Source: Candidatus Heimdallarchaeum endolithica
GTDB taxonomy: Archaea; Asgardarchaeota; Heimdallarchaeia; Heimdallarchaeales; Heimdallarchaeaceae
Reading direction: 5' to 3'
Assembly: GCA_021513715.1 (NCBI GenBank)
Contig: CP084167.1
Location: 2,944,001-3,008,000 of the forward strand
Length of the DNA stretch: 64,000 nucleotides
Shown: in pieces, positions 10,150 to 20,523 of the stretch
Numbering within the stretch: the first letter of the stretch is position 1
Layout: every line of letters begins with the position of its first letter
The notes under the pieces: model-generated
What the model was told of the DNA's origin: nothing
Seen by the model: only the letters and a program-made list of their open reading frames with translations
The model's database searches: none
Position numbers and translations under genes: made by a program

Positions 10150-10926
10150 CTAAAAAAACCTACTAAATTTTTCAAGTTTTTCTGAATAATATCCATTTCT
10201 AGATTGTTCAATAGCCTCTTTGTAATATTTCAGTGCTGTGTTTTTATTTCCAACTAACAGATGTGATTGAATTAAGTCTATTCTCAAAGTAAATAATATC
10301 TTTTCTGATTTTCCACTCTTATAATAATTATATGCTTGTTCAAGATACTTTAAAGCATCACCATACTTTTCTAAAGATATTAAAAATTCTCCCAGCTCTA
10401 AAGAAGTTACAGCTGTTTTTTCTTTAGCATTAATAGATTGAAAAAGTTTTAATGCATCAGAAAAATTCTCTATTATTTCTTCTTTTTTTTCAACAAACTT
10501 TCTTGGGTTTTTTACTCTTGCAAGAGCTAAAGCTCTTAAAGTATCAGCTTGTTTTTCTACATTGTTGTCTAATTCAAAAGAATTTATTGCTCTAGCTAAA
10601 TATTCTTTAGCTTTTGTAATATTATTTTTATTATCTCTGAATATTAAACCTAGTAAATATTCACAAGTTCCTTTTTTGGAAGTGCTCTTATCTTCAAATT
10701 TGAAAATAGCTTCTTCGTAAGCTTTAATTCCTTTATCTAATTGTCCCAATTTAATATATGCATTTGCAATATAAATTAAACATTCTCCTTCTAACTCTTT
10801 ATCGTTTAAGGCAGCAAATAGTTGTTCTGCATATGTTAAGCTTCTGATGCAAGCAATATATTTTCTCTTTTTATACTCTTGCTTGCCTAGTTTAAGAAAT
10901 TTTATTGCTTCATCTTTTTCTTTCAT
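10150..10926 (-). CDS. TPR-repeat protein; paralog of 17078-17917
   Basis: Repeated LG..Y/A..Y..A helices; N-terminus aligns with the 17078 protein. Confidence 0.75.
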   Translation of the reverse strand: MKEKDEAIKFLKLGKQEYKKRKYIACIRSLTYAEQLFAALNDKELEGECLIYIANAYIKLGQLDKGIKAYEEAIFKFEDKSTSKKGTCEYLLGLIFRDNKNNITKAKEYLARAINSFELDNNVEKQADTLRALALARVKNPRKFVEKKEEIIENFSDALKLFQSINAKEKTAVTSLELGEFLISLEKYGDALKYLEQAYNYYKSGKSEKILFTLRIDLIQSHLLVGNKNTALKYYKEAIEQSRNGYYSEKLEKFSRFF

Positions 10927-11077
10927 AATTTGTATTCACCGAGCTGACATATGACATAGTCAATTTTGTCGGTCAAATAATAAATGTATCTTAATAGTTT
11001 TTCAATATATGTAAAATGTCTTCTTATATAATCAAAAAATAAGAAAAAATGTTTAACAGTAAAATTATAGAATAATT

Positions 11078-12804
11078 TTAGACTTCTGAAAAAAATAGTT
11101 TTTCTTGTTCATAGTTAGTGGAAACCTTGTTCCAATCCATGTCTTGTGAAATAATTCTCTTCCCTGCATCTTCTAAAGTGGTTACATTTCTTGAGTTGAT
11201 AATGCTTAGTAATTCTCTAGCTTTTCTTGATATTGTCCTTCGTTTGTATATTTGCTCTTCTTTTGAACTTAATTGATGTGATTTTTGATATTTATCAGCT
11301 AAGATCCCTACAACTATTTTTCCATCTGTAACAAATTCTAATAATCTTGGTATAGTACTATTAATGTCCAAGTAAAATGCTTCTTCAGGAATAATTGATT
11401 GAATAGATTGATCTTTGATTTTCTCAAGGAATAGATAATTGAATTTTGTAAGAGTAATTATTGGATCCAATAGTTCTGTTGGATAACTAACATTTTCTTC
11501 AGAAATGAATGTGTAGGATTTTCTTCTTTTTCTTGAGATTGAATAAGCGCTGTAATTACAAAATTATCCTCTCGATAAGAGTCATAGACTTCTATTCCTG
11601 GTTCTATACCTGATACGCTGTTATATAGCATCTCTTCAAGAAACAAATTCTTCCATTTTTCAAAATCTTTACTTATAATTGCAGATTTTACAAATAAAGC
11701 TTTTATTTTAGCAAAAAATCCTTTGGATTGTTTTTTAGGTGTTACTTTTGTTTCAAGAGGGTCTAATATAGAATCTTTATTTTTGTACAATGAAAGAAGT
11801 GTAGAAATTTTATTCTTAATCATTACTTCTAATTTTGTTAAATTTATATCATCAATAGTACTACTTATTCCTATCCATCCATATGAATCTTCCTTGTTTG
11901 AACTAACAATTATGAAATTTAGAGGTGATGATTGTTGGAGTTTACATTCCATTCTACAATATTTAAGCATATGAGGGTGATCTTCTGATACTTTAAGTTC
12001 TGCTGCACTCTCTATGAACGCTTTTTTTATCTCTTCTACTTTTTCCTTATCATTAATGTTAGAATTAAAGAATTTCTTTTTCTTTCCATCAACCGTGAGT
12101 TCATAATAGTGAAAAATATCTGTTTCATTTACATAAGGAACTGGTACAGTTTCATTTCTTTGTCCTATTAACTCATTCTCTGCTTTCAAAACAATCAAAT
12201 AGCTCACGTAATCTATGTCTTCTTTATCTAGTAGTTTTAAACTCTCTGGGACTTGAGAAAGAGTTTTAGAAAATATGGATTGATAGAGAGCTGTCTCTAT
12301 TAATGTTGCCCACCAGAAAATGGGAATTACAGGATTCTTCGAACTTAGAAACTCGAATAAATAGCGAATAAAGTAACTAGCAAGCCTGAAAGAAGCTATC
12401 TTTTTGGGTATTCCTTTATCCAATTGAAAATAATATCTCTTTCTTAAAATGGACGATATGTGATAAACAAAAGCCACTAAATGAGTAAAATCTATCCAGT
12501 TTTCAATATTGTGATAAGGTAAACATAACCAATATTCAATTATCTCTTTTCTCCTATTTTCATCATCCAGCTCTTGTTTAACTTCTGAAGACATAATAAT
12601 ATAATCTGAAGTATAAAGAGCAGAACTTATGAGTTCTTTAACTAACGTATACTTCTTTTGATATTCATTGATTATGGATTTAAAAAGAGGTAGAGAGTCA
12701 TACCTGTTAAAATGAGAATCAATTTTGTGTGTCCGTACAATGTTTTGAAATTCATTTTCAAAAAATTGAAGTATAGCTTTATGCATATCAGAAACATCTT
12801 TCAA
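11078..12804 (-). pseudogene. Hypothetical protein of about 575 aa split by a single frameshift (ORFs 12804-11458 and 11470-11078)
   Basis: Adding one T at minus-strand ACACATTCATT (about 11510) gives continuous ...ENPTHFISEENVSYPTELLDPIITL... Confidence 0.6.
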
Positions 12805-12865
12805 ATTAGATATAAATGTTTTTCAAAAAAAGATTTAATAAACCAAAAATAATTTTAAATTTAAT

Positions 12866-12941
12866 AAAAGCGTTGAGATGATGATGGTTTTACCGTATGA
12901 GGAAAACCAATGAATTAAACTGGCACGCTGATCACGCTTTT
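12866..12941 (+). ncRNA. Candidate box C/D sRNA
   Basis: Terminal stem AAAAGCGT(T)GA/TCACGCTTTT, box C ATGATGA (12878-12884), box D CTGA (12928-12931), U-tract after. Confidence 0.7.
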
Positions 12942-12976
12942 CTTTTTTAAATAAAAAGGAAAAAAAATAAAAAAAG

Positions 12977-14338
12977 TCAGAGAACAAGTTTGGCTGCTTT
13001 ATTTTGTTTTTTCCAATATTGTTTATAAAGAAACCCTGAATTCTTTATAGGGTTGGTTTTGCTAATTTTTTCTATCCAAGATTTTGTTTTTTCTTCACTT
13101 AATGTGAAAGCTTTTTTTGTGATTTTTCTCAACTCTTCTTGGTCTCTTTTTGATATTTTTCTTGTAATTTTATTCACTTTTTCATATGTTTCGTGAATAA
13201 ATTGTTTTTCTAATTCATCACGTTCATGTTTGTATATATTCATTCGATTAGTATAGTCCATTAAAACTAGTCTATGTAATTTTTCATGCAACCACCAGAG
13301 GTTATCAGGATCATAGGTAGGACTAATAGCTTTTTTCTCATTTTCTTTTCCAATACCTGGAAGAAAAATAGGCTTGAAGATACTTGTACATGGAGCTGAA
13401 GTCCCAGTAACCCAATGAATTTGTAGATTCTCTTTTAGATGTGAAACCATAGATCCTGTACTTTGACTAGGTGTTGTAATTGATGTTGCATGTAAACATG
13501 GACTTTTCATTGAACTCTTGTGTGGTGACCATTTTTCTTCTTTTTTTGGAGGAATATTATGATCTCGTAGGACACTCATTACTATCTCTGGAGTGATTTC
13601 TCCCATGTGTTGCTCAAGAAGACACTGTGTTCTTTTTTTCCTTTTTTTACCCATCGCTCCAATCTGATTAATGTTTAGTTTTTGAATAAAACACTTAGCA
13701 AAATCAAAATCGTCCTCTGATTTACAATAGCCCTTTTTTATAGCATAATCAATCAATTCAGGATGGATAAGGTCATAGTCTTTTCTTATTGTAATGCTAT
13801 TTGAAATTGTCCTAACTCCTTTAACTTTTTCAGCAATCCAAAATTTATCAGCTGTTTCCAGAACCCATGCTTCTTTTTTGTCTGCTATGATGAAAGAATT
13901 GTGATAAAAAAGTTTCTTATCAGTATAACCTCCTGGTCCTCCTTGACCATATTTTTCTAAAAATTCAGTGATTAAAGTCAAAGCTTCAGAAGCAGTTTTT
14001 GTTCGCTCTAAAGCCAAACGCATCAAATCCATTCCTAACAGACCTATTTTTCTATAAGGCATTTTTGTCCAAACAGCTTCATTGCCTATAGTTAGTCCAA
14101 ATTCATTACTTCCCATTTCACAACCCCACATCCAGAAAGGTTTGAGAAGTAATACTTCATATGTTTCTTTTACCTGAGGAATGGTAATGTAAGTTGTTCT
14201 GACAGTTTCTTCCTCATTTTTCTTTCTACTATAGTACTCTATAGCATGAACTTCATTTGGTTCTCTATCGGAATTTTTTCCAAATATAACGCTCCCATCT
14301 TTTGTTGCATTTCCAACAGCTACTATTGTGTCACACAT
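12977..14338 (-). CDS. Secernin/peptidase C69 (Ntn-hydrolase) family dipeptidase
   Basis: N-terminal nucleophile MCDT, GKNSDREPNE, WMWGCEMGSNE, GNEAV, GMDLMRLALER. Confidence 0.9.
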   Translation of the reverse strand: MCDTIVAVGNATKDGSVIFGKNSDREPNEVHAIEYYSRKKNEEETVRTTYITIPQVKETYEVLLLKPFWMWGCEMGSNEFGLTIGNEAVWTKMPYRKIGLLGMDLMRLALERTKTASEALTLITEFLEKYGQGGPGGYTDKKLFYHNSFIIADKKEAWVLETADKFWIAEKVKGVRTISNSITIRKDYDLIHPELIDYAIKKGYCKSEDDFDFAKCFIQKLNINQIGAMGKKRKKRTQCLLEQHMGEITPEIVMSVLRDHNIPPKKEEKWSPHKSSMKSPCLHATSITTPSQSTGSMVSHLKENLQIHWVTGTSAPCTSIFKPIFLPGIGKENEKKAISPTYDPDNLWWLHEKLHRLVLMDYTNRMNIYKHERDELEKQFIHETYEKVNKITRKISKRDQEELRKITKKAFTLSEEKTKSWIEKISKTNPIKNSGFLYKQYWKKQNKAAKLVL

Positions 14339-14380
14339 TATTAGAAATAAGTATTGAAAAAATAAAAAGATTGTGAAAAC

Positions 14381-15721
14381 TTATTTATATCTGTCAATAA
14401 GAGAAGCAATAAGTTCCATTCCTTTAATCCAATCATCTACAAATATATTCTCATTTGGAGCATGAGCTTTAGAGTCTGAATGTCCAGTTCCTATTGATAC
14501 ACAGGGGATATCTTTAAACAAATACATTGGGCCAGATCCTCCAACAATTGGCCAACAGATTGGATCATGATTATAAACGGTTTTTATTACAGAAATCACT
14601 TTTTGAGCAAATTCGTTTTCAATAGGAGTGACAGCTGCAGGATATCCATCCCATGAACTAATTTCAATGTGCGAAAAGTTTTGTTCATCTAAATAAGTTC
14701 TGATTTTTGTAACTAGATCCTCTGGATTTTGCCCTGGAACCAATCTGCAATCTACTTTGGCAAATGCTTCATTTGGAGTAACAGTTTTGCTTCCTTGTCC
14801 TTGATACCCACTCCATATTCCACAGATGTTAAGTGTAGGTTCAAGAAAGTATTTTTTCTTTAGTTCCATTCCTGATAGATTCAATCTGAATTTTTCAATA
14901 CCAAATGATTCTTTTAGATATTTTTCTTTGATTTTGAAGTCTTTTATTGCTTCCATTTCCTTCTCTGAGGGCGGTATTATATCCTCATAAAAACCAGGAA
15001 CAAGTATTCTATCGTTTCTATCTTTAAGAGAACTTAAAGCCCAAACAAGTTCATAAGCAGCATTATCAACAAACTGCGTGTATCCTGAATGAATATCTCT
15101 CCCTATAGTTTTTGTATGGAAATGTAAGTATAAAATACCTTTAACTCCTAAATTCACTTGTTGGATTCCATCTTTGTCTTTTCCTCCAAATTCCCAAATA
15201 ATACCATTTGTATTTAAAGCAAATTCTTTGTTTTTTTCCACAAAATAGCCAAGATTGGGACTTCCTACTTCTTCTTCCCCCTCTATTATAAATTTAATAT
15301 TGACTGGTAATTCTCCAAAAATCTCTTTATAAGCTTTTATTGCTTGTAATCTGCAGATTATTTCTCCTTTATTATCTGCAACTCCTCTTGCAAAAATCTT
15401 TCCTTCTCTGATGTTAGGTTCAAATGGCGGACTATCCCACAATTCTATTGGGTCTTCTGGTTGTACATCGTAGTGATCATAAAATGTAATTGTTTCTTCT
15501 GCTCCTGAATTTAGTTCAGCACAAAAAACAGGATTCCCTGGTGTTTCTGCAATAAAACATTCAAAACCTGCTTCTTTGAAGTTCTTTTTTAAAAAATCAA
15601 TTGCTTCTTGTGCACCTAAATTTTTTGCTGCAACTGTTGGGATTCTTAAAAATTCAAATAATATTTCAAGAGACTTTTCTTTATTTTGATAAATAAGATT
15701 AGATACTTCATGCAAAGACAT
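14381..15721 (-). CDS. M20/M25/M40 metallopeptidase (dipeptidase-like)
   Basis: HYDVQP, ARGVADNKG, EGEEEVGS, DIHSG, HAPNE. Confidence 0.92.
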   Translation of the reverse strand: MSLHEVSNLIYQNKEKSLEILFEFLRIPTVAAKNLGAQEAIDFLKKNFKEAGFECFIAETPGNPVFCAELNSGAEETITFYDHYDVQPEDPIELWDSPPFEPNIREGKIFARGVADNKGEIICRLQAIKAYKEIFGELPVNIKFIIEGEEEVGSPNLGYFVEKNKEFALNTNGIIWEFGGKDKDGIQQVNLGVKGILYLHFHTKTIGRDIHSGYTQFVDNAAYELVWALSSLKDRNDRILVPGFYEDIIPPSEKEMEAIKDFKIKEKYLKESFGIEKFRLNLSGMELKKKYFLEPTLNICGIWSGYQGQGSKTVTPNEAFAKVDCRLVPGQNPEDLVTKIRTYLDEQNFSHIEISSWDGYPAAVTPIENEFAQKVISVIKTVYNHDPICWPIVGGSGPMYLFKDIPCVSIGTGHSDSKAHAPNENIFVDDWIKGMELIASLIDRYK

Positions 15722-15857
15722 GATGTAAAATTAATTCTTTTATTTATAAACTCTTTCGTTAAAATTTAACTTTAAACAGTTTTTGTAAAAAATGAAAAAG
15801 TAGAATAAAAACGGCTTTTAGGCAAATATTTAAGAGAGTGAGAAAAAGAAAAAACTT

Positions 15858-17045
15858 ATGCAAGAGAAAAAGTACAAATTTGATACTCTATCTGTTCATG
15901 CTGGAGAAAAAGTAGAAAAAACTGGAACGATTGCACCTCCAATTTACCAATCAGTTGCTTATCCTTATTATTCTGCAGAATATGCTGCAAAGCTGTTTAG
16001 ATATGAAATAGAAGGTTATATGTATGGACGAATGGATAATCCTACAAATGCAATGTTTGAAGAAAGAATCGCAGCGTTAGAAAAGGGTGAAAAAGCTATT
16101 GGAACATCATCTGGAATGTCTGCAGAGTTTTTAACTTGTATTCATTTGCTAGAACAAGGGGATAATTTTGTTACTGCAGGAAAAATATACGGGGGAACTA
16201 ATCAACTCTTTTCTGTGACTCTACCAAAGATGGGATTTAAACCTAAATTTGTATATGAACCTGAAAAATTGGAAAACTGGGAAAATGAAATTGATGATAA
16301 TACAAAATTTCTTTATTTAGAAACACCTTCAAATCCTAATCTATTTATTGGAGATATAACAAGAGTTGCAAAACTTGCTCACGAACATGAAATCCCTTTA
16401 ATTGTTGATAACACAGTAGCCTCTCCTGCTTTGCAACAACCTTTGAATCTTGGAGCAGATATAGTTGTACATTCAGCAACTAAATATCTTAGTGGTAATT
16501 CTACATGTATTTCAGGAGTTATAGTTGGGAAATCAGATTTTATTAATGGAATAAGAGAAAAAGAATATAGAAATATTGGACCATCAATTAGTCCATTCAA
16601 CAGTTGGCTATTATTATTAGGGATGGAAACATTAAGCCTAAGAATGGAAAAACATAGTAAAAATGCTTTAGCTATTGCTGAATTTTTGCAAGAACATTCA
16701 AAAATTGTATCTGTTAATTATCCTGGTTTGAAAAGTCACCCTCAGCATGAACTTGCAAAAAAACAGATGAAAGGCTATAGTGGACTATTGTCTTTTGTAA
16801 CTAAAGGAGAGCTTGAAGATGCAAAAAATGTTCTAAATAGTTTTCAACTAATTATTCACACAGGTCATCTAGGAACTACAAAAACACTAGCAACACACCC
16901 AGCTTTTACTACACACCAGCAGTTATCTCAGCAAGAAAGAGAGGAAATAGGAATACCAGATACTATGATCAGAATGTCTGTAGGAATAGAAGATATCGAG
17001 GATTTAATAGAAGATTTAGATCAAGCTTTAACAAAGATTAAATGA
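15858..17045 (+). CDS. PLP-dependent trans-sulfuration enzyme (MetY/MetZ/methionine gamma-lyase family)
   Basis: PPIYQS, YGRMDNPT, SSGMSA, ETPSNP, VDNT, HSATKYLSG, RMSVGIEDIEDL. Confidence 0.92.
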   Translation: MQEKKYKFDTLSVHAGEKVEKTGTIAPPIYQSVAYPYYSAEYAAKLFRYEIEGYMYGRMDNPTNAMFEERIAALEKGEKAIGTSSGMSAEFLTCIHLLEQGDNFVTAGKIYGGTNQLFSVTLPKMGFKPKFVYEPEKLENWENEIDDNTKFLYLETPSNPNLFIGDITRVAKLAHEHEIPLIVDNTVASPALQQPLNLGADIVVHSATKYLSGNSTCISGVIVGKSDFINGIREKEYRNIGPSISPFNSWLLLLGMETLSLRMEKHSKNALAIAEFLQEHSKIVSVNYPGLKSHPQHELAKKQMKGYSGLLSFVTKGELEDAKNVLNSFQLIIHTGHLGTTKTLATHPAFTTHQQLSQQEREEIGIPDTMIRMSVGIEDIEDLIEDLDQALTKIK

Positions 17046-17077
17046 ACAATAGTCTTGCAAGTATGGTGAAAAATTAT

Positions 17078-17917
17078 TTAGAATAAGTGCTTTAATTGTT
17101 CAATTTTTTCTGGAGAATAATTATTCCTTTTCATTATTTCTACAGCTTTATCATAATATTCTTGTGCTTTTTTCTTCTTCTCTAATTTTAAATATATCTT
17201 AGCTATTTGCATAACTATTGTTACCAAAAAATCATCTTGTTTTTTGTGTTCAAAATAAGACATAGCTGATAAGAAATAGCTCAGTGCATCTTTTTCATCT
17301 TCTGTCGAGAGAGAAAGTAATGCTAGATCTATTTCTGCTAACGCTTTTTTCTCTTCAGCTTTTGCTCTCTTAAATAAGTGTATTGCTTTCTGGTAAGCTA
17401 ATTTAGCGTTTTGGACAGAATCAGGGTTTTTAACATCTTTTAGAAGAGTGTTTCCTATCTCTTTCCAAGAATCACCTAAATGTTCTATTTTTCCTATATT
17501 TTCAAAAAGTTCCTTTGAAATATCTAAAAACTTTTTACTTTTTTCAATATTTTTACATTCTCTATGAAGAGAACCCATTTTTAATGCGCATTCAGCAGCT
17601 TTTTCAACATCTTGAATTTCAGTAAATTTAATGAAAGCCTCATTGAGCGACTTTAATGCATACTTTTTCTGATTCAAATTTAAATATGCATGACCCAAAA
17701 TAAACATACTTTCTGCAGCTAATTCTTTTGAATTTAAAGTAGAAAAAAGACTTTCAGCAAACTGTAGGTCTCTTACACATTTTTCGTAATTTCCTCTTTC
17801 AAAATTGATTTTACCTTGATTAAAATACATGTTAGCTTGAGCTTTATGTGGATTAGCTGCTTCAACCATATGTGTACTATTTGATAATCCTTTTTTTAAA
17901 TTCATGGATAGTACCAA
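17078..17917 (-). CDS. TPR-repeat protein; paralog of 10150-10926 (true start may be a downstream ATG)
   Basis: TPR-like helical repeats. Confidence 0.75.
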   Translation of the reverse strand: MVLSMNLKKGLSNSTHMVEAANPHKAQANMYFNQGKINFERGNYEKCVRDLQFAESLFSTLNSKELAAESMFILGHAYLNLNQKKYALKSLNEAFIKFTEIQDVEKAAECALKMGSLHRECKNIEKSKKFLDISKELFENIGKIEHLGDSWKEIGNTLLKDVKNPDSVQNAKLAYQKAIHLFKRAKAEEKKALAEIDLALLSLSTEDEKDALSYFLSAMSYFEHKKQDDFLVTIVMQIAKIYLKLEKKKKAQEYYDKAVEIMKRNNYSPEKIEQLKHLF

Positions 17918-18263
17918 CTAGAAAACTAAAAAGAATTTTTGATAGTATAGTTTTTTTTTGAGAAAGAATTAATTAAATTCAGTTAAAAAAGAAAAAAATA
18001 AAAATTTTAAACTGGATTATTCTTGTTTAATTTTTTAAAAGTTTATATTTTATTATTTTGCATTCTAAACACTTATTTTCCAAAAAGATCTTCATGTTCT
18101 AATTATTTCTAGAAATTTATGAAAGAAAAGAAAAAAGAAAAAAGTTAAGAGTGGAAATGGATAACTTTTGCAAGCTAAAGAAAAAGAAATAATTAAATTA
18201 GAAAAGCTTTATAAAGGCTATAAAGAAATCGACATGAATTTAAAAAAAAGGTGTTTAAAACCA

Positions 18264-18839
18264 ATGACAAAATTAGACTTTGGTATAGTAATACAAAATG
18301 TAGTAGCAAGTATAAACCTGTACTGCACTATTGATTTAGTGAATGCTTATCAGATGCTTATTGATGACGATCAACTTTTTGTTTCTTATAATCCTGAAAC
18401 TTTTCCTGGTTTGATTCTAAAAATTAAAAAACCAAAAATTTCTTCTCTAGTTTTTTCTAGCGGCAAACTTGTTTTAACTGGCGCTAAATCCACTGATATG
18501 GTAAACAAAGGAGTTCAACAGATGATTAAAATACTAAGAACTGTAGGTACTGAAATTACTGAAGAGCCTGAAATTATTGTTCAAAACATTGTTGCTAGCG
18601 GACATTTTAACAACCGTTCTATTAACTTAGAACTTGCTTCTTTATGGTTAGATCATTCAATGTATGAGCCTGAACAATTTCCTGGTTTGATTTATCGTTT
18701 AGCTGAACCAAAAACAGTCTTACTTCTTTTCCAGAGTGGTAATCTTGTTTGTACAGGGGCTAAAACTGAAGAACAAGTACGACAAGCTGTTGAAAACACT
18801 TATAACCACTTAGATGAAATTAATGCCTTTGAGTTTTAG
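18264..18839 (+). CDS. tbp: TATA-box binding protein
   Basis: Two repeats: QNVVAS...YNPETFPGL...FSSGKLVLTGAKS and QNIVAS...YEPEQFPGL...FQSGNLVCTGAKT; likely ATG at 18264. Confidence 0.97.
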   Translation: MTKLDFGIVIQNVVASINLYCTIDLVNAYQMLIDDDQLFVSYNPETFPGLILKIKKPKISSLVFSSGKLVLTGAKSTDMVNKGVQQMIKILRTVGTEITEEPEIIVQNIVASGHFNNRSINLELASLWLDHSMYEPEQFPGLIYRLAEPKTVLLLFQSGNLVCTGAKTEEQVRQAVENTYNHLDEINAFEF

Positions 18840-18920
18840 TTCTATTTTTTACTTCCTTTTTTTAATTAGCTTCTAAGCAACAAAAACCTTTATCGCTAAA
18901 TCTACAATTTCTTTTTTTCT

Positions 18921-20507
18921 CTATTTTTCTGTAATTGTTAGATAATTCTTCTGTACGTTTTCACTCACTAATACAATTTCTACTTTTTTGAATTTTTGTG
19001 GAGACTTTATCAGCTCATATATTAGTAAAATATCAAATTCTTCAAAGTGTTTCTGACTTAATACTGAATTAGGTAGAATATGCCCAATTATCTGATATCC
19101 ATCAAAAATTCTCTTTTTTTTGTTTAAGGATTTCTCATTTACTGTTGATCCTGATAATAAAAGAGAACACATTTCGTCTTTATACGTAACTACGTTTACT
19201 AATACAATTTCAATATTTTCAATTATTTCATCATTTTTCTTTTCATGTGTTATTGATCTAATAGCGGGAGTAATTTTGATAATATCTTTTAGATTTTCAA
19301 TAATCTTCTTCTTAATGTCAGTTCTTTTAAAGCCAAATATTGCGTCAGAGTCAGTAATTGCAGATCTATATTTGTAAAATCCTGGTTTTCCAAGTAATGT
19401 GTCAGAGTCTGTTTTAATCTTTAAATTTTTTAGTTTAACAATGTCACTTGAAGATGAAGCGAGATCATAAACCATAGAGATATTTACAGCATTAGCTAAC
19501 AAATAAGCATAATTTTTTCTTATTCGCTGTTGTTCATCATCTGTTAACTTTTTAGTGTTCTTCAAAGCTTCTGGAAAAATAGATAGAGCTTTAGAATACC
19601 CTTTATAATCACTTAATCCATTTGCGATAGCTGCATAAAGAATAGCTTTTTTAGTTGTTTTATGCTTTTTTACAAAATCTAAGAGTAAGGGGAGAATTCG
19701 CTCTACTTGTTCATCAGAAATCTTACTCATCATTGTAAGAATAGATAGTCTTTTTGCTATTTCATTGGGATTATTAACTTCAGAGAGTGTACGTAGGACT
19801 AGATTAACTCCATCTACAACCATCGATTTATACTTTGGAGCAACGATTAATCCTTGATTTTCACTGAAGAGGTGAAGAAAAAAGTCTGAAGCCATATGTA
19901 GTTTTGAGGAAGGATAAGAATTATTATCAACCAATTCTATTACTCTCTTACAAGAATCTGCAGCTTCATTGATTTTTTTGCTAAACATATGCATTAAGCC
20001 AATATTAACTTCTGTATATACCAAATTCTCGATAATATTGTTCTTTTCTGCGATTTGCTTTGACTTAATGAGATACTCAAGAGCTTTATCTTTTTCTAAA
20101 GTTCTATAAATAGTGAACAAAAGATTTAGCGCTTTAATTATCAATTCAGGATCGTTTATTTTGAATGCCATGTTTTTTGCTTTTTCTGCAGCTTTCTTTG
20201 CGCCTTCATATTCATTGTTTAAAATAAAAGAATTAGCTAGGTTAAGGTAAAATTTAATGTAGTTTTCTTTTGAAGATAGAGGAATCAATGGTTTGATTCT
20301 CTTGAGAAGAATCAGTGCTTGTGGACGTCTTTCTTGTAATAGTAATTCATAAGTTTCAGATAAAAGAAAATCAACAAAACTGTTGACGTCCATCTCTTTT
20401 TTTATTTCAAGGCTTGTTAAGAATTGTTTTCTCTTTTTGTCATCTACTACTATTTCTTTTAGTTCATCAACACTTAAAGAACCAACTTGCTTAATTATAT
20501 CGCCCAT
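18921..20507 (-). CDS. Helical-repeat (TPR-like) hypothetical protein
   Basis: 528 aa with TPR-like N-terminal half; directly downstream of hisS. Confidence 0.6.
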   Translation of the reverse strand: MGDIIKQVGSLSVDELKEIVVDDKKRKQFLTSLEIKKEMDVNSFVDFLLSETYELLLQERRPQALILLKRIKPLIPLSSKENYIKFYLNLANSFILNNEYEGAKKAAEKAKNMAFKINDPELIIKALNLLFTIYRTLEKDKALEYLIKSKQIAEKNNIIENLVYTEVNIGLMHMFSKKINEAADSCKRVIELVDNNSYPSSKLHMASDFFLHLFSENQGLIVAPKYKSMVVDGVNLVLRTLSEVNNPNEIAKRLSILTMMSKISDEQVERILPLLLDFVKKHKTTKKAILYAAIANGLSDYKGYSKALSIFPEALKNTKKLTDDEQQRIRKNYAYLLANAVNISMVYDLASSSSDIVKLKNLKIKTDSDTLLGKPGFYKYRSAITDSDAIFGFKRTDIKKKIIENLKDIIKITPAIRSITHEKKNDEIIENIEIVLVNVVTYKDEMCSLLLSGSTVNEKSLNKKKRIFDGYQIIGHILPNSVLSQKHFEEFDILLIYELIKSPQKFKKVEIVLVSENVQKNYLTITEK

Positions 20508-20523
20508 ATTTTACCCCTACTAT

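Noticed and set aside
12878-12915. SECIS-like AUGA-stem-GA hairpin
   Set aside because: No apical AA(A) loop and no upstream same-strand gene with an in-frame UGA; the C/D architecture explains it better
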